Assembly: GCA_913063435.1 (NCBI GenBank)
Contig: CAJXYI010000003.1
Location: 14,243 to 78,242 of the forward strand
Length of the DNA: 64,000 bases
Reading direction: 5' to 3'
Source: an uncultured Actinomycetales bacterium
Lineage (GTDB): Bacteria; Actinomycetota; Actinomycetes; S36-B12
Below, in pieces: positions 43,472-53,335 of this stretch (the first letter of the stretch is position 1; each line of letters starts with the position of its first letter). A program made the position numbers and the translations under genes. The notes under the pieces are model-generated. The model was not told the origin of the DNA, ran no database searches, and saw only the letters and a list, made by a program, of their open reading frames with translations.

Positions 43472-45847
43472 TCAACGTGCGGCGATGATGACCCGGTTGG
43501 AGCGGACTTCACCGCCGTCAGCGATGAAGTAGACGTAGACCTTCTTGCCGGTCTTGCGCTGCCACCGGAAGGTGCCGTCGGGCTGGACGATCCGGGTGGA
43601 GCCGTCGCGGTATTGCAGCTCGCCGGCGAGTTTGACGCGGGCTTGCACGGTGGCGCCGACGAGTCCGGTGGTCTCACCGTCGGCGTAGACACCGGGCTTG
43701 CCTGCGACTGTTCCGCGAGTGCCGGTGATGACGATGGTCTTGGTGACCGGTGGGGTGGGGTTCTCCGGGGTGAACGGTTCGCTCGCTGCGGAGAAGGCTC
43801 CCCAGCCGGCGCCGTTGAGGGCGCGGGCGGTGGCGGTGTAGGTGGTGCCGTTGGTAAGTCCGGTGATGGTGCAACTCAACGCCGGTGCCTGCACGAGGCA
43901 GGAGGCACCGCCGGGGGAGAGGACGGCCTGATAGTCGGTGATGGGGAAGGAGCCTGCTGAGGCCGGGGCGGTCCAGGTGATGGTGGCGGAGGCGTCACCT
44001 GCGGTGCCGGTGACGTTCAGCGGAGCCGATGGTGGGTAGGTCACCGGCGGCGTCGGCGGCGTGGGTGCGGCTGCAGCGTTCATGGAGCCCGCCACATTGC
44101 CCGCGCGAGCGGTACCGATCTGTGTTTCTGTGATGGACGTCAAGTCCGGATCGGCTAGCCCGACGGCGGGAGAATTCCACGCCGGGATTGCCGTTGGCAG
44201 ATAGTGCAGGCTGTCGTCACCGATTAGCGGCCCACCGTTGTTGCCGACGGGAGCCAGTAGGGGGTCCCCGTAAGCAGCGTTGGCGCCGGCATTGTTGGTT
44301 GTCGCTGCTGAAGTGAAGAGACTATTTCGGATGTTGGCGGTTGCGTTCAATTCTGCGTCCGCGTTCTGGGCGGCGGAGTTGCCACTCACGACGGAGTTCA
44401 GCAGGTTGATCGGGTCCGCCGCGTAGACCCCACCTCCATCTCCTCCGGTAGCAGTGTTCCCGGAAATAGTCGTGTAGGCAATCGTGTCGTCATACCCTTC
44501 GTCAGCGATGAAGAGGCCGCCGCCCGTTTGGGCCCTGTTTCCGGTGAACAGCGAATTCGTAACGGTCAGGTCGCCGTAGTACTTGTAGACGCCTCCTCCA
44601 TTGAGTGCTGCAGTGTCATCTCCGTTATTGATGAAGGAGGACTCCGAAATGAGGGACCTCAGCATGTTGCCGGGTCCGGCGTAGCCATAGATGTACAGAG
44701 CACCCCCACTTCCGAAGTTGGAGCCATTGGAGTCGTTCCCGACGAACAGAGAGTTGGTGACTTGGACTCGGTCATAGGCATGTACGGCTCCGCCAAGGCT
44801 CCCCGCGTAGTTATTGTCGAAGACTGACTCTCGGATGACGAGTCCGGATCCGTAACCTGTGTATACCGCTCCGCCCTGGTAGGCCGAGTTCTCCCTGAAC
44901 GTTGACCCCACGATGACCAATCCCGGGTCGCCACTCGGATCGTATGCCCTGCTGAAGATTGCACCACCACTGCGATTGTTGCCGTCGAACCAGCGTGTTG
45001 AGTTGCGCGCGAAGTATGAATCTTGGATGAGCACACCGGAGGTGTACCCCCTTAGGTGAATGGCCCCACCTCTGCCACCTCCGGCGGAAGTGCCGTTTGG
45101 TTGCAGGCCATTATTGGTGAAGACTGATTCACGTATGGTGATCTCTGGTTCGTAGTTGGCGTTGAAGGACCCGTTGGTGTAAATGGCGCCACCATATCTG
45201 CCGATCCATCCGCTATTGGCATCAAAGGTTGAATCAGATATGTGAAGGTCCATGTCGTAGGAGTAAAGGGCTCCGCCGTCCTGCGCCGCGTTACTGATGA
45301 AGTTCGTCCCTTGCAGCAGCAGAGCATCCATCTTGCCCTTCGCCTCGATCGCTCCGCCATCCGCCGTCGTGTCATCCGCGCCGGTCAGAGTGAGATCGGC
45401 GATGGTGACAGTGTCATCGCTCACACCGTCGGAGAGGTCGATGTACATGATCTGTGATCCGCTGGCAGCAGTCAGAGTGATGGAACTGTCGTCGCCAATA
45501 AGCGTCAAGGTTGTGTCGTCGATGTTAAGTCGACCCGACAGCTGAATGCTGGCGCCGATGCAGATGACTGAGTCGTCATTGCTCTGAGCGATAGCCGTGC
45601 GCAGTGATGTGTCGTCGTAGACAGTTGTGTCATCGGCGACGGCGCACAGTCCGGAACTGGTTGGACTGACGAAGGCCTGGCCCTGCTGGCTGCCGCCACT
45701 TTTGGGGCTGGCGTAGGTCGGCTGGGGCCGGATCGCCGCGAGGTAGGTGCCGAGCAGGCTGGTCGTCGCCAGCACGGCACCAGCGGCGAGGCGCTGGCGG
45801 CGGCTACGGGAGGACGCGGGACGGGGACGGGAGGCGCGTGAACTCAT
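43472..45847 (-). CDS. secreted parallel-beta-helix repeat protein (choice-of-anchor-Q-like) with FN3 domain
   Basis: 791 aa. Arg-rich Tat-like signal (SRRQRLAAGAV). At least 10 GGA(I/L/V)(Y/H/F) repeats. SLRTAIAQSN and DPLLAPVGNNGGP motifs. An FN3-like segment. No LPXTG. Confidence 0.8.
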   Translation of the reverse strand: MSSRASRPRPASSRSRRQRLAAGAVLATTSLLGTYLAAIRPQPTYASPKSGGSQQGQAFVSPTSSGLCAVADDTTVYDDTSLRTAIAQSNDDSVICIGASIQLSGRLNIDDTTLTLIGDDSSITLTAASGSQIMYIDLSDGVSDDTVTIADLTLTGADDTTADGGAIEAKGKMDALLLQGTNFISNAAQDGGALYSYDMDLHISDSTFDANSGWIGRYGGAIYTNGSFNANYEPEITIRESVFTNNGLQPNGTSAGGGRGGAIHLRGYTSGVLIQDSYFARNSTRWFDGNNRSGGAIFSRAYDPSGDPGLVIVGSTFRENSAYQGGAVYTGYGSGLVIRESVFDNNYAGSLGGAVHAYDRVQVTNSLFVGNDSNGSNFGSGGALYIYGYAGPGNMLRSLISESSFINNGDDTAALNGGGVYKYYGDLTVTNSLFTGNRAQTGGGLFIADEGYDDTIAYTTISGNTATGGDGGGVYAADPINLLNSVVSGNSAAQNADAELNATANIRNSLFTSAATTNNAGANAAYGDPLLAPVGNNGGPLIGDDSLHYLPTAIPAWNSPAVGLADPDLTSITETQIGTARAGNVAGSMNAAAAPTPPTPPVTYPPSAPLNVTGTAGDASATITWTAPASAGSFPITDYQAVLSPGGASCLVQAPALSCTITGLTNGTTYTATARALNGAGWGAFSAASEPFTPENPTPPVTKTIVITGTRGTVAGKPGVYADGETTGLVGATVQARVKLAGELQYRDGSTRIVQPDGTFRWQRKTGKKVYVYFIADGGEVRSNRVIIAAR

Positions 45848-45891
45848 GCGCGCGAAACTAGGACCCCTAGTCCAGGTGATAGGAAATCCGC

Positions 45892-45905
45892 GGAGAAAAC
45901 CGACG
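45892..45905. promoter_or_regulatory. Candidate operator box GGAGAAAACCGACG (site 1)
   Basis: Exact 14-mer also present at 47739-47752. It lies 45 nt upstream of the beta-helix gene ATG and 23 nt after the kinase stop. Confidence 0.4.
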
Positions 45906-45927
45906 CGGTGGCCGGATACCGGCGAGA

Positions 45928-47712
45928 TCAGGGGTGAGCGGGCTCAGGAGAGGCCTCGTCCAGCACCACCGACAACCGGGTGCCATCGCAGGCAGTTGCA
46001 CAGCGATTCCATGATGTCGCAAACAGGTCGAGGAACGTCGATCCGAAGCCGGGGGGACCGTCATGTGCAGATTGGCCATCGTCGTATACCTCCACGCTGA
46101 CCGACTGCCCATCCCCATGAATTCGCACTTCCACGTGCCTTGCCTCGCCGTGTTTGCGTGCGTTGAGCACAGCCTCTGTAACGATCTCGATGATCGCAGC
46201 GGTCGTCGCTGGCGAGGAACGCTCAAGCACTGCGAGTTCCACATCGAAGTCAACGGTCATTGTCGGGGCCCACACATCGGAGATCTCCTGCAGCGCAGAC
46301 ATAGGATCGTCGATCTTTCCGTCGAAGGAGTCATGAAGGCTTTCGAGAGCTGCCAGCGCTTCGCGCAGGTGCCCGTTCACCACGCTCGCTGTCTTAGTCT
46401 CGACTGAATCGCTGACGAAATGCGCCTGCGCAGAGATGAGGCGTGCCTGCACATGCCCATGCAGTAGGTTCGCCAGCCGGTGCCGATCGAACCAGATTTC
46501 CCTCCTCAATCGGGCCTCGAGTTCACCCATCCGAGCCACTGCGTCGGCGACGGACTCCTCGGCCTGGCGTTGTCTTGAGCGCAGCGCCGAATAGAACGAT
46601 CCACCCAAGCCGAAGGCGACGGTGATGAACATGGGCAAGCTGATGGGCACAGAGAAACCAAGCTGCGATTGAACGCCGAGAATCACAGTGCTTGCAAGCA
46701 TTCCGGCCACGCTGTAGGCCAGCAGCACTCCCAACCAAGGCGCAGGCCAACCCGGTCTTGGCCGAAAACCCCGGCGCCATGCCCATGCTGTCGCGAACAT
46801 CGATATCGCGACGGCGACCAGAATGGTCCCGAATCCGGCCAGTAGCGGGGGTGGCGCAGGAAGGTTGGCGAGGATCCAGGGAGTTACAGCCGACAAGACG
46901 ACGAGGGGCCACCATGGACGCACGGCCGCAGGTGTCGACGCGAAAGTATTCAGCGATCGCCACAGCGTCGGCTCTTTCGGTACAGCCGACCGATCCACTA
47001 CGCGGGTGAACTCGCTGACCAGATCCTGTCGTGATGAATCCATCAATTCCCATGTCGCCGGGCGCAATACCTTATCGACCGCACCCGCGAGCGCGGGATC
47101 GAATGTCCGTGACGCCATTGGCGCCTGCTGTACCCGGCGTAATGAGTCTCGCAGCGGTTCCAGCCGATCCTGAAGAACACTCACCAGATCCCGGCGGGCC
47201 TGTGCCAGCATCTCGATCTCCTCTTTCAGGAGGACCGACAGTTCATGCCGTCGCAGGGCCAGTTCCGCGAGTGCCCGGCGGGAGGAAACCTGGGTCTCGG
47301 TGATGACGGAGACTGCCAGGGCGAACACGAAACTCGTCAGGAAAAGGCCGAGGGCACGGGCAGGACTCGATGTGGGTGAGAGGCCCACGAAGGATGCAGC
47401 CACGGTGACCGCGGCAACGCGGGCGAGACTGGCAAGGGCCCACGTCGTCGCCAAGGCCCACAGGGACACCTGCCGTCCGCGAACTATTCGAGCCCCGATC
47501 AGCGTGACGATCGCGAACGCGGCAATCCCCGAGAGTGCCGTCACGATCCCTTGCCTGACGGACCATCCCGGTTCGAAACTGTCGAAACGAAATTGCTGGA
47601 GTCCCGAAAGCACCACGATCGCAAGCACGGGTGCCACGGTGATTCGCCCACTCATGCGACCAGCTCGCGAGGTTGGGGGGAGCACGACCACATTCTTCAC
47701 GCTGCACCCCAC
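45928..47712 (-). CDS. polytopic sensor histidine kinase (HisKA_3/NarL-type)
   Basis: 594 aa. Two blocks of TM helices separated by a coiled-coil-like segment. H-box LANLLHGHVQARL. N-box EAVLNARKHG. G boxes DDGQS...GFGSTFLD. Alternative start at 47655. Confidence 0.82.
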   Translation of the reverse strand: MGCSVKNVVVLPPTSRAGRMSGRITVAPVLAIVVLSGLQQFRFDSFEPGWSVRQGIVTALSGIAAFAIVTLIGARIVRGRQVSLWALATTWALASLARVAAVTVAASFVGLSPTSSPARALGLFLTSFVFALAVSVITETQVSSRRALAELALRRHELSVLLKEEIEMLAQARRDLVSVLQDRLEPLRDSLRRVQQAPMASRTFDPALAGAVDKVLRPATWELMDSSRQDLVSEFTRVVDRSAVPKEPTLWRSLNTFASTPAAVRPWWPLVVLSAVTPWILANLPAPPPLLAGFGTILVAVAISMFATAWAWRRGFRPRPGWPAPWLGVLLAYSVAGMLASTVILGVQSQLGFSVPISLPMFITVAFGLGGSFYSALRSRQRQAEESVADAVARMGELEARLRREIWFDRHRLANLLHGHVQARLISAQAHFVSDSVETKTASVVNGHLREALAALESLHDSFDGKIDDPMSALQEISDVWAPTMTVDFDVELAVLERSSPATTAAIIEIVTEAVLNARKHGEARHVEVRIHGDGQSVSVEVYDDGQSAHDGPPGFGSTFLDLFATSWNRCATACDGTRLSVVLDEASPEPAHP

Positions 47713-47721
47713 CGTCGTCAG

Positions 47722-47752
47722 CCCCTGCGGACGGCAGGGGAGAAAACCGACG
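47722..47752. promoter_or_regulatory. Inverted repeat plus candidate operator box (site 2) in the kinase/regulator divergent region
   Basis: CCCCTGC-GGACG-GCAGGGG (47722-47740) abuts GGAGAAAACCGACG (47739-47752). Confidence 0.4.
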
Positions 47753-47792
47753 TTTCCTCGTCATTGCGGGAGCGGATCACCAGAATGAGGAC

Positions 47793-48488
47793 GTGGCAGA
47801 ACCCGAAGCGCCCGGAAGTGGGGCCACCGGCGAGCCTCGGAACATTCCCGCACGGCACATCCTGGTCGTCGAAGACGATCCCTTCACACGATCCCTGCTG
47901 AGTCGCGTCCTCGAGAATGCCGGCTTCACGGTGACGACCGCGTGCACGCCAGCCGAAGCTGTCCAGGGGTTCACCAGCACGGATCCCGACGCTGTGATCC
48001 TCGACGTTCACCTCGGGGAGGGGATGAGCGGGGTCGACCTCGCCAACCGATTCCGCGTCGAAACACCGGGACTGGCGATCATCGCCGTCAGCAACTACCC
48101 CAACCCCACGAGTGCAGGCCTGCCCCGGAGACTCCCGAAGGACTCCGCCTTCATCAACAAGGCCGCGATCCTCGATGCCCAGAGCCTCCTCGACGTCGTC
48201 GAGGCGGCGCTGAGAAATCAAGGGGGTGAGGTTCGCATGAACCCAGAGACCATGGACACACCCATGGGTCGCCTGAGTGGAGTTCACATGGCGGTACTGC
48301 GCATGCTCGCCCAAGGCCTGTCCAACGCCGAGATTGCCCAGCAGCGCGGGAGCACGGTTCGCAGTGTGGAGCGTGCTGTGCACAAAGTGTTCGCGGAACT
48401 CGGTTTGAACGCGCGACCGGACATCAGCCCTCGGGTCGAAGCCGTCAAGATGTACGCGTCAGTCTTTGGAATGCCACCCCCGCGTTAG
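47793..48488 (+). CDS. LuxR/NarL-family response regulator
   Basis: REC domain (ILVVEDDPF...AVILDVHL...) plus LuxR HTH (LSNAEIAQQRGSTVRSVERAVHKVFAELG). GTG 47793 was chosen as start; the track start 47673 would overlap the kinase 5' end. Confidence 0.8.
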   Translation: MAEPEAPGSGATGEPRNIPARHILVVEDDPFTRSLLSRVLENAGFTVTTACTPAEAVQGFTSTDPDAVILDVHLGEGMSGVDLANRFRVETPGLAIIAVSNYPNPTSAGLPRRLPKDSAFINKAAILDAQSLLDVVEAALRNQGGEVRMNPETMDTPMGRLSGVHMAVLRMLAQGLSNAEIAQQRGSTVRSVERAVHKVFAELGLNARPDISPRVEAVKMYASVFGMPPPR

Positions 48489-48493
48489 TCGCG

Positions 48494-48540
48494 CAACTGG
48501 CCGCCATCGGGGTGCGGTGACACCCGATGACGGCCAGTTG
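48494..48540. terminator. Bidirectional terminator-like hairpin
   Basis: CAACTGGCCGCCATCGGGGTG / CACCCGATGACGGCCAGTTG, about 19 of 21 paired, between convergent genes. Confidence 0.6.
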
Positions 48541-48557
48541 AGTGATCAGGAGTGCAG

Positions 48558-49415
48558 CTACACGCCGGCGGCCTTCGCCACGGCGCGCTTGGTGAGAACC
48601 TTCGCCAGGTGCTCGCGGTAGTCGGCCTTCGCATGCAGGTCCGACGTCGCACGGGTGCCGTCCGTGGCGTTCTCGGCAGCCGCGGCGATCGCATCGTCTG
48701 AAGCCGCAGCCCCAGCCAGTGCCGCTTCAACCGACGTCGCGCGCACCGGGCCGGGTCCCATGTTGGTCAAGCCGATGCGAGCGGCCTCGATGGAACCGTT
48801 CTGGCGCTTCACCGCTGCGGCAACACCGACGATTGCCCAACCTTGCGCGGTGCGGTTGAACTTCTCGTAGTGGTAAGCCCATCCCTCACCCAGTTTGGGA
48901 ATGCGGATGGACACGAGGATGTCCTCGGGTTCCAGCGACGTGGTGAAGTAGTCGACGAAGAAGTCCTTCGCCGGGATATCGCGACGGCCATCGGGTCCGG
49001 CCACCGTCATCACCGCGTCGAGTGCCACCGCGGCCGCTGGCAGATCGCCTGCGGGATCGGCGTGGGCTAGTGCCCCGCCGAAGGTGCCGCGATGGCGGAT
49101 CTGCGGATCGGCGACCGTCTCGGTCGTCATCGCGATCAGTGGTGCGTGCGTCTTCACCAACGGATCGTTCATCACCGCATGGTGGGTGGTGCCTGCACCG
49201 ATGACGATCGCATCACCGGCGTCAGACACCCCCTGCATCTCGGCGACGTCACTGATGTCGATCACGACCTCGGGCGCGGCCATCCGCAGCCGAAGCACCG
49301 GCATTAGCGATTGGCCACCCGCGATGATCTTGGCGTCCTCACCACCGGAAACAAGTGCGGCGACCGCCTCGTCGACAGTGTTGACCTTCGTGTAGTCGAA
49401 TGCGACGGGAATCAT
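48558..49415 (-). CDS. FAD-binding medium subunit of a xanthine dehydrogenase/CoxM-family molybdoenzyme
   Basis: ATG at 49415 gives 285 aa, [21 protein letters not shown]...IIAGGQSLMPVLRLR...; ATGA overlap with the large subunit. Confidence 0.88.
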   Translation of the reverse strand: MIPVAFDYTKVNTVDEAVAALVSGGEDAKIIAGGQSLMPVLRLRMAAPEVVIDISDVAEMQGVSDAGDAIVIGAGTTHHAVMNDPLVKTHAPLIAMTTETVADPQIRHRGTFGGALAHADPAGDLPAAAVALDAVMTVAGPDGRRDIPAKDFFVDYFTTSLEPEDILVSIRIPKLGEGWAYHYEKFNRTAQGWAIVGVAAAVKRQNGSIEAARIGLTNMGPGPVRATSVEAALAGAAASDDAIAAAAENATDGTRATSDLHAKADYREHLAKVLTKRAVAKAAGV

Positions 49416-51795
49416 GCCGCACCGCCCTTCGCGTCCTCGATGGCCCGCCACACGTTCTGCGGCGATGCCGGCATGAGCACGTCGGTCACCCCCATCGGGC
49501 GGAGCGCATCGACGATGGCGTTGATCACCGCGGGAGTCGAGGCGATCGCACCTGCTTCGCCCACACCCTTGGTGCCCAGCGGGTTCGTCGTCGATGGTGT
49601 CACCGTCGTACCGGTGACGAACGATGGCAGATCCGCAGCACTCGGGATGAGGTAGTCGGCGAAGCTGGCGGTGAGCAGGTTGCCGTCCTCGTCGTATTCC
49701 ACGCCCTCGTACAGCGCCTGGGCGATGCCCTGGGCGAGTCCGCCGTGCACCTGGCCTTCCACGATCAGCGGATTGACCTGCACACCGACGTCGTCGACGC
49801 ACACGTACTTGCGGATCGTGGACTTGCCGGTCTCGGTGTCGACCTCGATCGCGCACAGGTGGGTTCCGTGCGGATAGGAGAAGTCATCCGGATCGACGGT
49901 GGCCTCTGCCTGCAGGGTCGGCTCGACCCCATCGGGCAGGTTATGCGCGCTGAACGCCTCGAAGGCCACCGCAGCAAGCGGCTGAGCCTTCTCCGGATCA
50001 CCCTTGACGCGGAACGCGCCGTCGACGAATTCCAGATCATCCACCGAGCATTCCAACTGGTGCGCGGCGATGACCTTGGCCTTCTCGACGAGTCGCTCGG
50101 CGGCCTTCTTGATGGCTTGACCACCGACGGCCAGCGATCGCGAGCCATAGGTGTCCATGCCATAGGGAGCGCGACCGGTGTCGCCGTGCACGACCTCGAT
50201 GTCCTCGACCTCCACACCGAGGATGCTGGCCGCGATCTGGCTCCACGCCGTCTCGTGACCCTGTCCATGCGGTGAGGTGCCGGTGATCAACTCGATCTTG
50301 CCGGTGGGCAGGGCGCGGATCGTGCAGTGCTCCCAGCCGCCGGCGACGTATTTCAAGGCACCCAGGGTGCGCGAAGGCGCCAGGCCGCACATCTCGGTGA
50401 AGGTGGAGATACCCAGGCCCAATTGCACGGGATCACCCGATGCCCGACGTGCCTCCTGCTCGGCACGCAGCTCGTCGTAGCCGAACAGATCCATCGCCTT
50501 GGCGGTGGCCGCCTCGTAATTGCCGGTGTCGTAGGTCAGCCCGGCGATCGTGGCGTACGGGAACTCCTCGTGCTGGATCCAGTTCATCTCACGCAGCTTC
50601 ATCGGATCCATGTTCAACTCGGCGGCGAGTTCATCCATGATCCGCTCGATCGCGAAGGTCGCCTCCGGTCGACCTGCACCGCGGATCGCGTCGGTTGGCG
50701 TCTTGTTGGTGAACACGCCCACGCAGTTGAAGTCATAGGACTCCATCTTGTAAATCGCGGGGAACATGAACATGCCCAGCAGCGGGATTCCCGGGGTGAT
50801 GATCTGCAGATAGGCACCCATGTCGGCGAGCAGATCGACCTTCAGGCCGAGCAACTTGCCGTCCTTGGTTGCGCAGATCTCGATGTCCTGGATCTGGTCG
50901 CGGCCGTGGTGGCTGGCCACCATGTCCTCGCTTCGGGTCTCGGTCCACTTCACCGGTCGGCCGAGATGGCGCGCGAGCTGCACGGCAAGGATCTCCTCGC
51001 GGTACAGCTGCAACTTGCCACCGAATCCACCGCCGACGTCAGGAGCCACCACGCGCAGAGCATTCTCGGGAAGACCGGTGACCAGCGACAGCAGCACCCG
51101 CAGGATGTGAGGAATCTGCGTGGCCGACCACACGGTCATCTCATTGCTCATGCCCATCGGCGACGCGACGACGGCGCGCGGTTCCATGTATCCGGCGATG
51201 ATGCGCTGGTTGACGAAGCGGCGCTTGACCACGACATCTGCCTTTGCCTTGGCCTCGTCATACGGGATACCCGTGCCGGGTAGCGGGAACGTGTAGCACT
51301 CATTCGACATCGGGGCGCCTTCGCCGTCGTGCACAAGCGGCGCACCGGGCTGCAGGGCTGCTTCCATGTCGACCACCGCGGGCAGTGGCTCGTAGTCGAC
51401 GTCGATCGCCTCGAGGGCGTCATATGCCGCGGTCTTGTCGGTGGCGAGGACGACCGCGACGGCGTCACCGACATGTCGCACCTTGTCAACAGCGAGTGCG
51501 GGGAAGGGCGGCATTTGGATGTCGTCGGTGACCGGCCACACGCAGGGAATCGCACCGTTGAGGTCACCGAGTTCGGCAGCGCCGTAGGCGGCGACCACAT
51601 GCGGTTGATCGAGCGCCCCTGAAACGTCGAGCTTGGTGATCTTCGCGTGTGCCATCGGGCTGCGCAAGATGGCCATGTGCACGGTCCCGGGCAACTGGAT
51701 GTTGTCGGTCCAGTTGGTCTGGCCGTGCAGTAGGCGGGCGTCCTCCTTGCGCTTGAGCGGACGGCCCATGGGGGTGCTGGTATCGAGGACCTCGG

Positions 51796-51799
<4 letters not shown>
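49412..51799 (-). CDS. molybdopterin-binding large subunit (CoxL form-II-like / xanthine dehydrogenase family)
   Basis: ATG at 51799 gives 795 aa. Active-site loop AIRGAGR (50669-50689) resembles the form II AYRGAGR, not the CO-dehydrogenase form I AYxCSFR. Confidence 0.88.
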
Positions 51800-52278
<479 letters not shown>

Positions 52279-52536
52279 ATCTCTCCCCGAATCAGTACCG
52301 AAGGTGGATGTGTGGGAATCCGCCCGTCGGAGGGCCGAAGTGAGGTGACCTCGGTCACACCGGGGGCTTATCTCCGACGTTAGGGGAGATCGGTCGCCGA
52401 TGGGGGCGGTTTCGCGCAAACACCTGACCGATGAGTGGCACACCCGGTAGGTTCTGGGCCGATCGGGGAGCGCCGCAGGGTCGCCGCGATCGAGGACGGA
52501 CCGACAGACAATGCCTGTGACCAGGAGGAATTTCCC

Positions 52537-52830
52537 ATGACCATGCCCCCACCTCCCGCCGCTGGCGGTGCCGACTTCGCCGACAACAGCAAGGGGACGA
52601 CCGCCCTGGTGACCGGCATCATCGGCCTAGTCATCTGCCCGATCATCTTCTCGATTATCGCCATCGTCTTCGGCCGGCAGGGTATGGCTGCCGCGGAGCG
52701 CGGCACGGCGAACAACGGTGGCATGGCGAAGGCCGGCTTCATCCTGGGCATCATCGGCCTCGTGCTCGGCTTCGGCTATATCGTCATCGGCATCATCGCG
52801 GGAGCCTTCGGGGCCCTCACAGGGAACTGA
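52537..52830 (+). CDS. DUF4190-type small membrane protein
   Basis: ATG 52537 preceded by AGGAGG; 97 aa; Pro-rich N-terminus, two TM helices, ...[23 protein letters not shown]... Confidence 0.75.
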   Translation: MTMPPPPAAGGADFADNSKGTTALVTGIIGLVICPIIFSIIAIVFGRQGMAAAERGTANNGGMAKAGFILGIIGLVLGFGYIVIGIIAGAFGALTGN

Positions 52831-52919
52831 CCCACGACGTGTCGCACCCCGAAGACGATGACTCCGTCAATCGCGTGGCATAGGCTGCCGGCGCTCATCC
52901 CTTTGAGGAAGGAAGATCC

Positions 52920-53270
52920 ATGACCCAAGCACCGCCACCGCCACCGCCCCCGGGTCCCCCGACCCCGCCGCCTCCTGGTCAGCAGCCCTACAGTGCCGCT
53001 CCCCAGAACGGCATGGGCACCGCGGCTCTCATTCTGTCGATCCTCGGTGTCATCGGCTGCATCCCGTTCATCGGCGGCATCCTCGGCATCGTGTTCGGCA
53101 AGATGGGCATGAAGAACGCTGAGGAAGGCCGGGCGACGAACTACGGACAGGCCCGGGCCGGCTTCATCATCGGCATCATCTCGCTGGTCCTGTGGGCGGT
53201 CATCGCGATCATCTACATCATCGTGGTGGTTGCGGTCGTGGCCAACGATCCGGACATCGTCAATCAGTAG
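52920..53270 (+). CDS. DUF4190-type small membrane protein (tandem paralog)
   Basis: 116 aa; poly-Pro N-terminus; ...[23 protein letters not shown]...; same architecture as 52537-52830. Confidence 0.78.
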   Translation: MTQAPPPPPPPGPPTPPPPGQQPYSAAPQNGMGTAALILSILGVIGCIPFIGGILGIVFGKMGMKNAEEGRATNYGQARAGFIIGIISLVLWAVIAIIYIIVVVAVVANDPDIVNQ

Positions 53271-53335
53271 AACGGCTGCCTGAACCGACTTCTGGCTGTG
53301 GGCAGCCACAGCCCATCGACGACGGCACGGCGCGA

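Noticed and set aside
43238-43960. 240-aa + strand ORF overlapping the 3' part of the beta-helix gene. Also the + strand ORFs 49400-50275 and 50327-51283 inside the CoxL-like gene.
   Set aside because: They have low-complexity Gly/Asp/Ala or Arg/His composition and lie opposite ORFs with clear domain signatures. They are high-GC artefacts.
52279-52536. Moco riboswitch upstream of the CoxS-like gene.
   Set aside because: Only a CCUCCGAC-like fragment and generic hairpins are present. I cannot reconstruct the motif by eye. It is noted as a check under the Cox finding, not claimed.
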